Of a stretch of DNA of 64,000 nucleotides, positions 47,503-55,976 are shown piece by piece (the stretch's first letter is position 1; every line of letters starts with the position of its first letter). The notes under the pieces are model-generated. The model was not told where the DNA came from. It worked only from the letters and a program-made list of their open reading frames with translations, and searched no databases. The DNA is taken from sequence record KU935715.1; one strand, 5' to 3'. Source of the stretch: Acinetobacter phage vB_AbaM_ME3. The position numbers and the translations under genes were made by a program.

Positions 47503-48273
47503 CTATAATTCTGTTCGAAAGATAAAATCAGTATTAAATCTAAATCGTTTAAATTCAGAAGAATTAATTCGATCTTGAATTCGATTAGCTACTGAATGAG
47601 GTACTGTTATTCCTAATTCATAATCTTCAAATTGTTGGTAAGTAAATCCAAGTTCTTGTTCATCTGTTCGTCCTGAAGCTAAACCTCCTTTAGGTGGAGT
47701 ATTTAATATTTCTTCAGGTATATTAAAATATTTAGCAATTGCTATTACTTCACTTTTATAAAATTCAATAATAGGATGAATACCAAGAATATCTAAATAC
47801 TGACTAAACCAACCTAAAGACCATTCAGAATAATTAGTAGTACTTACAAGAATACTATTTTCATTTCGTGTAGCTTCGGCATAAAAAGCCATTGGACGCA
47901 ACCAATAGTCATTTTGTTGTTGAAGATAAGGAGAAGTTAAACTTAAAGCATTTACACAAGCTTTAGCTACTTCTCGTAAACTTATAAATTTTTCTTCATA
48001 TTCGAAATGAGTACAAACAGCTTTACCTAAATTATAAGCTTCTTCTTGTTCTGTAGTTCCATCACTTTCTGAAATAGGAGCAAGAATAGGAATTACTGTA
48101 TATGTATTAGGATACATAGTATCTAAAGCTTTTAGAAATCCTAAAACTACAGCAGAATCAACACCACCTGATACACCAACAATTAAAGTTTTACGACTTT
48201 CTTTTTGTAAAACATTATGAAGAAGATTTACTTTCTTTGTAATCAATTCATGAGTAATTGTTTTATAGATCAT
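47503..48273 (-). CDS. nadE: NH3-dependent NAD+ synthetase-like PP-loop ATP pyrophosphatase
   Basis: PP-loop motif LIVGVSGGVDSAVV near the N-terminus. The C-terminal block TPPKGGLASGRTDEQELGFTYQQFEDY parallels the NadE block KAPTADLE...DE.ALGVTYD.IDDY. 256 aa. Confidence 0.65.
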   Translation of the reverse strand: MIYKTITHELITKKVNLLHNVLQKESRKTLIVGVSGGVDSAVVLGFLKALDTMYPNTYTVIPILAPISESDGTTEQEEAYNLGKAVCTHFEYEEKFISLREVAKACVNALSLTSPYLQQQNDYWLRPMAFYAEATRNENSILVSTTNYSEWSLGWFSQYLDILGIHPIIEFYKSEVIAIAKYFNIPEEILNTPPKGGLASGRTDEQELGFTYQQFEDYELGITVPHSVANRIQDRINSSEFKRFRFNTDFIFRTEL

Positions 48274-48908
48274 TTATGAGTAACTCCTATAGAATTTAGG
48301 TCTAATAAAGATTTAAATTCTAAACAAAATCTTCGATAATCATCAAAATAAATACTAGCTTTCTTATATAAGATTTCTTTATTTTGATGATATTTAAAAC
48401 GAGATAAGTAATAAATGTTTGGTAAAAAATCAGCAATTTGAACTACTAGACCTGATGTAAGAAAATCATCAAAATCTAATATTTCATTTTCATTCATTTC
48501 ATCAGGAGAAATATTTAAAAATGAAAATGTTTCAACTGTACAGCCTTGAGATTCCAATAAAGTTTTAACTAAATTGAAACCAATGCCATTTACAATATCA
48601 TGATCATATAAAACAATATTATTGTTATTGTATTTACGACCATCATATTTAATAACATGATGAAGATAATTACCTTCTATATCATGTACACGACTAACAT
48701 CAATGTTATGATCCAGAGTAATGAATTTATCTATAGATACAAATGTTTTTTCAGGAAAGTCTTTAACTAATCCTAATAAAACTTCTTTCTGTTCATGAAT
48801 ATTATAAATAAAAACTTCTTTATAAAATTTCAAAAAGAAATCTTTAATATTTTCTAAAACAGTTTTAGAATATTTAGAACAGTCTATTCGTAAATACAAT
48901 GATTTCAT
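48270..48908 (-). CDS. hypothetical protein (212 aa)
   Basis: ORF track; 4-nt overlap with nadE. Confidence 0.5.
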   Translation of the reverse strand: MKSLYLRIDCSKYSKTVLENIKDFFLKFYKEVFIYNIHEQKEVLLGLVKDFPEKTFVSIDKFITLDHNIDVSRVHDIEGNYLHHVIKYDGRKYNNNNIVLYDHDIVNGIGFNLVKTLLESQGCTVETFSFLNISPDEMNENEILDFDDFLTSGLVVQIADFLPNIYYLSRFKYHQNKEILYKKASIYFDDYRRFCLEFKSLLDLNSIGVTHK

Positions 48909-48918
48909 GTATTATTAC

Positions 48919-49116
48919 CTATTTTAAATAATGTAAATAAATATAAACCCAACTCATAAGGACATAGGGAAAACAGATGAGAGAAACTAAATATGTCCAT
49001 GAAATTTCTTTTGGAATATTTACACGAATCATCTTTTCATCTGTTTCTCTATATTCATCTATTTCTTCCCCTAATCCATAATATTCAGTCATTCTATGTT
49101 GGCTCCAAATCATCAT
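48919..49116 (-). CDS. small membrane protein (65 aa)
   Basis: C-terminal TM segment WTYLVSLICFPYVLMSWVYIYL. Confidence 0.4.
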   Translation of the reverse strand: MMIWSQHRMTEYYGLGEEIDEYRETDEKMIRVNIPKEISWTYLVSLICFPYVLMSWVYIYLHYLK

Positions 49117-49402
49117 CTAATTTTTGAGTAATTAATTCAATTGTATCAAATTTTCCTAAATATGAAAGATCTACAGATTTACCAATTAAACTAGAAAGTT
49201 CTTTATTTAATTTATCACATATTTTGATAAAATCAGCTTCTTGATTATCTGTAAATCTAGAATCATATTTAGGATATTTTGGTTGAAATTCTAAAAATAA
49301 TTTAAGAACTTCTTCTGCTTTCTGTCTATTCAATGTTTTGTAATTAGGACTTGATATGCCTTCAACAGAATGAATAACAGTTACAATATAGATATTTTTC
49401 AT
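49094..49402 (-). CDS. hypothetical protein (102 aa)
   Basis: ORF track. Confidence 0.5.
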   Translation of the reverse strand: MKNIYIVTVIHSVEGISSPNYKTLNRQKAEEVLKLFLEFQPKYPKYDSRFTDNQEADFIKICDKLNKELSSLIGKSVDLSYLGKFDTIELITQKLDDDLEPT

Positions 49403-49411
49403 AAAATGTGT

Positions 49412-49804
49412 CTAAATTTGAAGATTAATAGCTATTCCATATGTTATTAAAAGACAAGTATAATGCAAAGTTTGATCTAAACCTATAATACTAAAGAATC
49501 CAAAATTAGGAACTGTAGGACTACCAAGTTTACCAGCTGCATATTTTTTGCTAGCTACTCGGCTAGTAACATAGTCAATACCAAAATGTAAATAACCATT
49601 AACTGCACAAAATAGAAAAGTTACTATAAGATTTTTAAAAATAAATAAAGATGGCAAAGTAAAAATCAAACCATAAACCCAGCAATGAAATACTAATGGT
49701 TTATTATCTTTTGATTTATTACGAGCCATCCAATCAGTTTGACAGACAAAGTCTGCAATATAGTGTAACCACACAATGATTAACACATGAGATAAATGTA
49801 ACAT
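49412..49804 (-). CDS. polytopic membrane protein (about 4 TM, 130 aa)
   Basis: Alternating hydrophobic helices, for example VLIIVWLHYIADFV, LVFHCWVYGLIFTLPSLFIF and LIVTFLFCAVNGYL. Confidence 0.5.
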   Translation of the reverse strand: MLHLSHVLIIVWLHYIADFVCQTDWMARNKSKDNKPLVFHCWVYGLIFTLPSLFIFKNLIVTFLFCAVNGYLHFGIDYVTSRVASKKYAAGKLGSPTVPNFGFFSIIGLDQTLHYTCLLITYGIAINLQI

Positions 49805-49811
49805 TAAATCC

Positions 49812-49997
49812 TTATTTCTTTATACAAAATGCATGATAAATTTTAGGTTGTTGTTTAGTAAACTGTGCAGCTTGTATACAACGTTCACGAGATGAAAGTT
49901 CGACAGCTAACATTTGAGGAGCCAATCTTTCAGAATTATTTGGATTTGTATTAGATCCACTAGGAAAATAACTACTTAATACAATCATAATCCACAT
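49812..49997 (-). CDS. small secreted/membrane Cys-containing peptide (paralog pair, member 2)
   Basis: MWIMIVLSSYF... signal-like N-terminus and the motif C-I-Q-A-A-Q-F-T-K-Q...A-F-C, shared with 50009..50170. Confidence 0.45.
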   Translation of the reverse strand: MWIMIVLSSYFPSGSNTNPNNSERLAPQMLAVELSSRERCIQAAQFTKQQPKIYHAFCIKK

Positions 49998-50008
49998 AAA
50001 TTATTTCC

Positions 50009-50170
50009 TTATCCTTTAGGTACACAATAAGCATCTTGAATTAATTGACGCTTTTTACTAAATTCAACTGCCTTTACACAACTTTCTTTAGTTTTAAAGT
50101 TGTCTACAGAAGTAATAATATATGAAGAACTAGTACCATATGTTACAGTAATTAAAATTAAAGCCCACAT
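50009..50170 (-). CDS. small secreted/membrane Cys-containing peptide (paralog pair, member 1), not in ORF track
   Basis: ATG at 50170 with an AGGTAAAG Shine-Dalgarno. Translation: MWALILITVTYGTSSSYIITSVDNFKTKESCVKAVEFSKKRQLIQDAYCVPKG. It ends 11 nt before the next ATG. Confidence 0.45.
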   Translation of the reverse strand: MWALILITVTYGTSSSYIITSVDNFKTKESCVKAVEFSKKRQLIQDAYCVPKG

Positions 50171-50171
50171 A

Positions 50172-50951
50172 TTATACTTTACCTATAGCTTGATAGAATA
50201 CATCAAAACGAATAATAATACGTTCTTTGCCTTCTAAATTTTGAGATACATCATGTGGAAGATAATGAGGAAAAAGCAAAACTTTACCTTGTTCACTTTT
50301 GACTGTTCGTAAAACATCAGATTCTTGAGCATCTTCTGTCCAGTCTTCATGATCTCGATTATGAAAAGGTAAATTACCTTGATAGTCTTCAATAAATCGA
50401 GTATAGACTTCATTGTCAGTAAGATATAAAACACCTGAAAGAACAGTTCGAACTAAAGGATTATCTTTAACTTTATAAGTTGCATCATAATGAACTGCAT
50501 GTTTACCACCTTCTTGATATTTCATATAACGAAACACAGGTGACACATGAAGAGGAACCCAATAATTTAAGTTATTAGGATTATCAGATTTCCAATCTAC
50601 AGGTGACTGATCATTAAATACAACAGGTGTTAAACGACCTTGTAATGAGTTCCATATAATTTGTGTTAAATATTTTGAAAAGTTTTCATCATGTACTGTT
50701 ACACGATAACTACCAATCTGTTCATCTTGAGATACATCTGACTTACCTTGAATACCTACAGGATGAAATCGACTATTATTTTCAAAATGTTCAATAATAG
50801 AACTACAATCAGTGTCATTAAATAAAAGCATTTCTTTAATAGGAATATGTGTATTCAATTCTGAAGTACAATCAAACTCTTTAAGAGTTAAACCTTTAGA
50901 TAAAGCTTCTTTTTGATTACTAAGAAAAGACATACTAAACACCTTCTTCAA
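50172..50951 (-). CDS. 2OG-Fe(II) oxygenase superfamily protein - tentative
   Basis: HxD...H...R pattern: HAVHYDATY, LFPHYLPHDVS, RIIIRFDV. 259 aa. Confidence 0.5.
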   Translation of the reverse strand: MKKVFSMSFLSNQKEALSKGLTLKEFDCTSELNTHIPIKEMLLFNDTDCSSIIEHFENNSRFHPVGIQGKSDVSQDEQIGSYRVTVHDENFSKYLTQIIWNSLQGRLTPVVFNDQSPVDWKSDNPNNLNYWVPLHVSPVFRYMKYQEGGKHAVHYDATYKVKDNPLVRTVLSGVLYLTDNEVYTRFIEDYQGNLPFHNRDHEDWTEDAQESDVLRTVKSEQGKVLLFPHYLPHDVSQNLEGKERIIIRFDVFYQAIGKV

Positions 50952-51153
50952 AAGTATTTTCTGTTAATCGTACTGTACTTAAAATAGGTTCTGGTTTTCC
51001 ATGATGATTTACATTAACATTATGTAAATCTCTAATAGTTACAAACTGAGAACTTGTAGCAGGAAAATTCCAAAGCTCTGTTATAACTACCTCACATCCA
51101 TCTTGAATTACAGGACAATTCGCTTTTAATAAAACTTTAGTTTCACCAATCAT
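50935..51153 (-). CDS. hypothetical protein (72 aa)
   Basis: ORF track. Confidence 0.45.
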   Translation of the reverse strand: MIGETKVLLKANCPVIQDGCEVVITELWNFPATSSQFVTIRDLHNVNVNHHGKPEPILSTVRLTENTFEEGV

Positions 51154-51170
51154 ATAAAAACCTTATAAAT

Positions 51171-51203
51171 AAAAAGCGATGCCTGTTTTAGACATCGCTT
51201 TTT
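51171..51203 (-). terminator. intrinsic terminator (bidirectional) after 3' exon gene
   Basis: Stem AAAAAGCGATG / CATCGCTTTTT with an 11-nt loop; U/T-tracts on both sides. Confidence 0.65.
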
Positions 51204-51213
51204 AAATTACGTA

Positions 51214-52341
51214 TTAAGACATTAAAGAAATCTCTTTCATAAGATCTTCAAAGCTTTGTTTATTCTGTTCACGTGCAACTTCAGTTTGATGTTCATGCTG
51301 ATAGATTACATTATAAATTGGTTCTAACAACATACCAAAATAAGTATCTTTCTGAATGAACTTCTGATGTTCTTCTAGCTTTTCTTTTACTTTATCTTTA
51401 GGTTGAGTACCTTTATTATAAAGTTTAAGAAAAGCTGCACATGCTTCATACATACCTGTAATTTCAGCCCAAGATGTAATACGAACAATATCACTTACAG
51501 ACTTATCATCTAATTCTAATGGACCTAACAATAATTCACGAACCTTTTTAGAGTTCGCTTCTTTTGCAATATTCTTAAGGAATAACATTTCAAAGTTGGC
51601 ACTGCCACCTTCATTATGTTTAATCCCAGTAACAACGAAATCCTGTAAACCTCGAATATAAGCAAAATGATACTTAAAGAACTTAGCACGAGATAAAGAA
51701 ATCATTGGAATCTTTTTGTTAGGTTCATTAGGTGGTGAATATTCATAATTATTTCGTTTAGCATAACTTTCATATGCTTCAAGAATCATTGCAAATATCC
51801 AACCATCATTAGTTGCGAGTCCTACCGCCCCTTTAGCCTGAACAGCTTGAAATAGGTATGTGCTATAAGATGGAATTACTTCACGACCTTTCTTAGAGTC
51901 TTCCAAAGCAACGTCATAGAGTTTATATGGTTCATCTACTAATTTCTTAGTAACTGGATCAATTAATGCATCATTAGCATCATATTCACCTTTAATGTAT
52001 GTTTGAGTCCATTCAAGTTCTTCTTTACATACATCAGTTAACACAAACTCACGAAGAAGCTTTTGACACTCTGGTGAATTACCTGTAAACACAGGTGAAT
52101 GATCGCCATCAACATCGGAGTGTTCCGCCCCTAATACGTTTTTACTAAATAACAGAATTGATTTATTCTGCTCTTTAAGTAAATACTTTTCAATAGAAAT
52201 ACCATATTGATTCATAAGATAAATACGATAATCATCATAAGACCAGATTTTTACTCGGACGAGCTGGGTTCTCCATAACGAAATCTTCAATACAAGCCGA
52301 AAACTTGTACCAGCAGCATTATCTGCATCTATAGTTATTAA
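51214..52341 (-). CDS. 3' exon of intron-split gene of unknown function
   Basis: The frame is open from just after an in-frame TAG at 52342..52344 to the stop at 51214. There is no ATG or Shine-Dalgarno at its 5' end (the track start is TTG). It lies directly downstream of the group I intron core. It contains an acidic DVDGDH motif. Confidence 0.55.
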   Translation of the reverse strand, partial: LITIDADNAAGTSFRLVLKISLWRTQLVRVKIWSYDDYRIYLMNQYGISIEKYLLKEQNKSILLFSKNVLGAEHSDVDGDHSPVFTGNSPECQKLLREFVLTDVCKEELEWTQTYIKGEYDANDALIDPVTKKLVDEPYKLYDVALEDSKKGREVIPSYSTYLFQAVQAKGAVGLATNDGWIFAMILEAYESYAKRNNYEYSPPNEPNKKIPMISLSRAKFFKYHFAYIRGLQDFVVTGIKHNEGGSANFEMLFLKNIAKEANSKKVRELLLGPLELDDKSVSDIVRITSWAEITGMYEACAAFLKLYNKGTQPKDKVKEKLEEHQKFIQKDTYFGMLLEPIYNVIYQHEHQTEVAREQNKQSFEDLMKEISLMS

Positions 52342-52673
52342 CTATACGTCGAGACTATATCTTAATTTATACATATACTTATAGAATGATTATGTTATCT
52401 TTATCATTCAATATATGTATAAACCACAAGCACTTCGGAAACTCTTGTTCCCTACTCCTTCCTACAGGATAGTCGTTGAACCTTACTCTTAGGTAAAACC
52501 CTTAGAGTCTTGGCTGCTGATATTGCATTTACTCAGCGTAATTATAATAACTAATAGATAATTACACATGAATCTTCACACTTTTTAAACATTCACGCTT
52601 GCTATTTCTAGCTACGTTGTAGTGTATGAAGCTTTAGCCTTTCCCAGCAATTCACTTGTGTTACGACAGATGT

Positions 52674-53405
52674 CTATTCATCTGAAGAGCTTTTAATCTT
52701 TTCTTCAATAAAAGATTTAATTTCATTTAAAGCTTTAAATTTAAATAATTCAGTACAGCCTTTAAATGCATTACCATCTGAAATGTAATAACGATCAGAG
52801 TCAAAAGTACTAAGTACTAATTTTTCTATATTAACTACATCTCTAGCTTTAGCTTCTAAGTCTAGTATTACTTCTTTTTCGAATTGTTTATAAACAACAG
52901 GTTTAAACCTATCTTCAACAGTTCGTGAAGTTACACCAACTTTTATAAATTCATACTGTTTTGATTTAAATTTAACTAAATAAATACGAGCAGGTTCTAA
53001 TCCAGATTCATCAAGATTAGTCATTCCACCAAAACGAGAAAGTTTTAATCTTCCACATTTTGGACAACCATTGCCTTGTAAGTGACTATTAGGTTCTTGC
53101 TTAAAATCACCATGATGAGGACATCCAATAGTAATTTTAATATTCCAAGCCTTATAATCAACTTTTGAATAATCGTATTTAGTACCATGCATTTTTACAA
53201 AATCTTCAATAACTTTATCTTTCGATTTAGTATTTCTTTTAGATTTTGCATTAGTCTCACAAGGTTTACAACCATTAAAATGTAGATGATTTGCAGGTGT
53301 CTGTTCAAAAGTATTAGAACATTGATTACAAATTATCTTAATCTTAACATTGTTTTTATTGTAGTCTATTAACGAATAATCAAAACGATTTCCGCCATAC
53401 TGCAT
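52674..53405 (-). CDS. intron-encoded homing-endonuclease-like protein (T5orf172/GIY-YIG-like C-terminal domain, tandem Cys zinc-ribbon repeats)
   Basis: The C-terminal block ARIYLVKFKSKQYEFIKVGVTSRTVEDRFK fits the GIY-(10)-YIG / T5orf172 pattern. The N-terminus has two repeats: F/YDYS..DY....KI.I.C..C/HH..F.Q.P..HL.G.GC..C. An upstream ATG at 53451 with an AAGGAG Shine-Dalgarno is +1 out of frame with it. Confidence 0.55.
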   Translation of the reverse strand: MQYGGNRFDYSLIDYNKNNVKIKIICNQCSNTFEQTPANHLHFNGCKPCETNAKSKRNTKSKDKVIEDFVKMHGTKYDYSKVDYKAWNIKITIGCPHHGDFKQEPNSHLQGNGCPKCGRLKLSRFGGMTNLDESGLEPARIYLVKFKSKQYEFIKVGVTSRTVEDRFKPVVYKQFEKEVILDLEAKARDVVNIEKLVLSTFDSDRYYISDGNAFKGCTELFKFKALNEIKSFIEEKIKSSSDE

Positions 53406-53462
53406 GAGCTTTCTGAATAAAATTGTCTTTTCTTTCTTCTATTGATTGCATTTAGTTCTCCT

Positions 53463-53476
53463 TATTTATATTTATA
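53463..53476 (-). promoter_or_regulatory. T4-type late promoter motif(s) TATAAATA upstream of intron ORF
   Basis: On the minus strand the sequence reads CATTATATAAATATAAATAAGGAGAACTAAATG. Two overlapping TATAAATA octamers lie 12-25 nt upstream of the Shine-Dalgarno/ATG. Confidence 0.5.
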
Positions 53477-53552
53477 TAATGTTAATTGGTTATATTTCAA
53501 ACCATAAAACAATTATATAATACTTCTTTGGAGAACTCAATTCATAGATTAA

Positions 53553-55949
53553 TTAACTAGGATTACGTACATGAAGTCCATATAAACCATGTTGTAAAGA
53601 TTCAACAGGTCCTCGTTCTTTACCAAAACAATCATATTCAATACTTTGATAAAGTTTATCATCAGTAATAACAAGAGTATTAGGAGGTAACAAAACATCT
53701 ACTGATTGCTTCATAGCAAAACCTTGCATATGAGGATTACTAAATGTTGTTACTCGCATTTCTTTTGCTTTATCACTAGTAAAAATGATTCCATAAATGT
53801 CACGTAAATAACGGTCACTCAATGTATCTCGTTTTACCTTTGCTGTACGACGATTAAAGATATAATGAGGAGTATCAGTGAGGAAAGCCTTAATCATTTT
53901 TCCAATAGTGATAAATACTGCATGATACATCCATGCCCCTGTTTTTAATTCACTCTCAAACATCTTAAGCGTTTTAGCACAAGGAATACGGATTAGTGGA
54001 CCTAACTGAGGACGGAAATCAAAGAAAAATCCATTAGGGTTAAACTCTTCATCTGTCAATATAGTTGAAGATTGAGTTAACTGTACAGTTGATGTAATGA
54101 TATCATCGTCACTAAACATCTTTAAACGTTTAATATCTTTAACTGTATAATGTGGTAATTCTTTTTCACCATGAAATACATCAGATTGTAATAGAATCTT
54201 TTGAAATTCTACTAAAGCTTCTTTCATATCTTCATCAATAAAACGATTCCAAATATGATGAAAGAGTCTTGAATCTAAATTATGGAATAAATTACGACCA
54301 CATTCATGAGATAACGATTGAGGTTCATATGAAGAATATGTATCAGTTAATTCAGTATAACGATAATATACAATACCAATTTGAACATTTTCTTGAAGAT
54401 TACCAAATTCATCATAATACTTATAGTTAGGAAGAGATTGAGAAGCTGTATTAATTTCTAACTCATCTAAAGTATTTAATAAATTTGACCAATGTTTAGG
54501 TTTATAATATCCAAGATCAGTTGCTAAGGCTGCACGAGCAAGTTTAATGCCATTTTGTTTAGCTTTAAAACTATTCATACCAAAAGCCATATCAGGACGA
54601 AGTTCTTTACCATCTTCTAAGATAATCTTACCTAAATAAGGTTTACCTTTAGTAACAGCTTTTAAACCTGTATTACTATCAATACGAGCATTTCCTGCAC
54701 GAACTGCAATACGTAAACTAATGTTTTCACGACCATAAGGACCAGTAGTCATACGTCGACGAACAAAACGAACAGCTTTTACACCTTCAACATATACATC
54801 ACGGAAACCACCATTTTCTTCTACACGTCCAATAAGAATCTTATCTTTAACATGTTCAAAACCATGCTTATCAATATAAGAATCTGCATGAACAATTGAA
54901 CCATCTTCAGGAATACAAAGATGATCAAAAGCATCTAAGATTTTATGTTCTTTCCATACATATGTATTATAAAAATCTTCAGTAACTTCACATTCTCCAT
55001 AAAGATACTGTTGAGTTTCTTCATTAATAGGACGAATTACAACTAAAGCAGATTTATAACATTGGTCTTTAGGAAGATAAGCTTGATGTTCTTCAGAATA
55101 ATTATAATCTTGAGCAAAATGTGAATCAGGCTCAAAAGCATAAATTTCTTTAGCATCAGCAGTTACGTGAGTTTTATTTCGAGCTGTAATATTTTGAGCT
55201 GCTTTAAATAAAGATTTAAAGAAATATTTTCCTTTACTATCTTGAAATAAAGTATGACCAACAGAACGATAAATAGGCCCATTAGTATAAGGACTTAATA
55301 CTAACTTACCTGTTTTAGAACAACCTGATTCACTACTATAATGAATTGGTAATTGATCTTTTAAACGAGCCCAAACAATATTGTTCGGAATATACCCTTT
55401 ACGATGAAGAAGATCTCCAAGAGTACCTCGTTTGAATTCATTTTGATCTGTAAATAATGAACAGATAATATATGAATGTTCATCTTTCGCTTTAGCATTA
55501 AAAGCTTCACATAACGTATTATTAGCGAAAGAGTTAACTGCTTTAATGTCATTTTCTAATAAACGACTATAAGCAACAGGTCTACCTACAAATGTTAACA
55601 AGCGATGTTGTAATGCTATGTAAAGCATTTCATTTTGATTAAAGATATACCGATCTGAAGTATCAGTAAAGTAATCTAATTTCGCTTTAAAAGAACTACG
55701 CTCAATTAAAAATTGAGGATAACTAACTTTATTTTTAGCAGGATTATAAATCGTGTCAGGAATAATGATTTCATTATCACGATACTCATCATTAAGTAAC
55801 GTAATAGAAATTTCATGTTGCTTTAATTGAACCTGAATAAGATCTTCAAATCCTTCTGGAATTAACATTAACGGTTGAGTACCAGTTAATACAGATGGAA
55901 TTCTTGGAACTGAACGAAATTGTCCATTATAACCAATAGGTTCTTGCAT
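53553..55949 (-). CDS. 5' exon (798-codon ORF) of intron-split gene of unknown function
   Basis: A long ORF directly upstream of the intron. No P-loop, polymerase or RNR catalytic motifs were recognised. It contains the motif YYRYTELTD. Its last codons may be intron-encoded. Confidence 0.55.
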   Translation of the reverse strand: MQEPIGYNGQFRSVPRIPSVLTGTQPLMLIPEGFEDLIQVQLKQHEISITLLNDEYRDNEIIIPDTIYNPAKNKVSYPQFLIERSSFKAKLDYFTDTSDRYIFNQNEMLYIALQHRLLTFVGRPVAYSRLLENDIKAVNSFANNTLCEAFNAKAKDEHSYIICSLFTDQNEFKRGTLGDLLHRKGYIPNNIVWARLKDQLPIHYSSESGCSKTGKLVLSPYTNGPIYRSVGHTLFQDSKGKYFFKSLFKAAQNITARNKTHVTADAKEIYAFEPDSHFAQDYNYSEEHQAYLPKDQCYKSALVVIRPINEETQQYLYGECEVTEDFYNTYVWKEHKILDAFDHLCIPEDGSIVHADSYIDKHGFEHVKDKILIGRVEENGGFRDVYVEGVKAVRFVRRRMTTGPYGRENISLRIAVRAGNARIDSNTGLKAVTKGKPYLGKIILEDGKELRPDMAFGMNSFKAKQNGIKLARAALATDLGYYKPKHWSNLLNTLDELEINTASQSLPNYKYYDEFGNLQENVQIGIVYYRYTELTDTYSSYEPQSLSHECGRNLFHNLDSRLFHHIWNRFIDEDMKEALVEFQKILLQSDVFHGEKELPHYTVKDIKRLKMFSDDDIITSTVQLTQSSTILTDEEFNPNGFFFDFRPQLGPLIRIPCAKTLKMFESELKTGAWMYHAVFITIGKMIKAFLTDTPHYIFNRRTAKVKRDTLSDRYLRDIYGIIFTSDKAKEMRVTTFSNPHMQGFAMKQSVDVLLPPNTLVITDDKLYQSIEYDCFGKERGPVESLQHGLYGLHVRNPS

Positions 55950-55976
55950 TTTACATCGATCCTTTATTTTAAAGTA

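Larger units (their letters stand above)
52342..53553 (-). mobile_element. group I intron (IA2-like) carrying a homing-endonuclease ORF; boundaries approximate
   Basis: All four conserved core elements are present in order on the minus-strand RNA. P is AUUGCUGGGAAAGG (52638..52651). Q is AAUAUCAGCAGCCAAG (52509..52524). R is GUUCAACGACUAUCC (52468..52482). S is AAGAUAUAGUCUCGACG (52347..52363). S is followed by a short P9-like hairpin and UAUAG. The 5' boundary lies near or inside the end of the 798-codon ORF. Confidence 0.7.

Noticed and set aside
48270-48908. 212-aa protein as a third PRTase (segment NIVLYDHDIVNGIGF).
   Set aside because: The PRPP loop is too degenerate, with no DD...TG.T pattern.
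51214-52290. 358-codon ORF as a ribonucleotide reductase small subunit or thymidylate synthase (common intron hosts in T4-like phages).
   Set aside because: It has no paired ExxH iron-ligand motifs and no ThyA/ThyX signatures. It also lacks its own start codon and ribosome-binding site.
41106-55552. Minus-strand short ORFs 41106..41291, 43739..43990, 50234..50434 and 55361..55552.
   Set aside because: They lie in alternative frames overlapping larger, better-supported genes: a PRTase, the vWA protein, the 2OG oxygenase and exon 1. They have no independent support.
53553-55949. 798-codon ORF as a T7-like RNA polymerase (an R...YG motif) or a type IIA topoisomerase (the YRYTE motif).
   Set aside because: The motif order is wrong for T7 RNAP: HADS precedes the YG block. 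There are no GHKL motifs and no EGDSAGG/PLKGK/DxDxDG Toprim motifs in topo II order. There is no NxCxE motif for RNR. The function is left as unknown.
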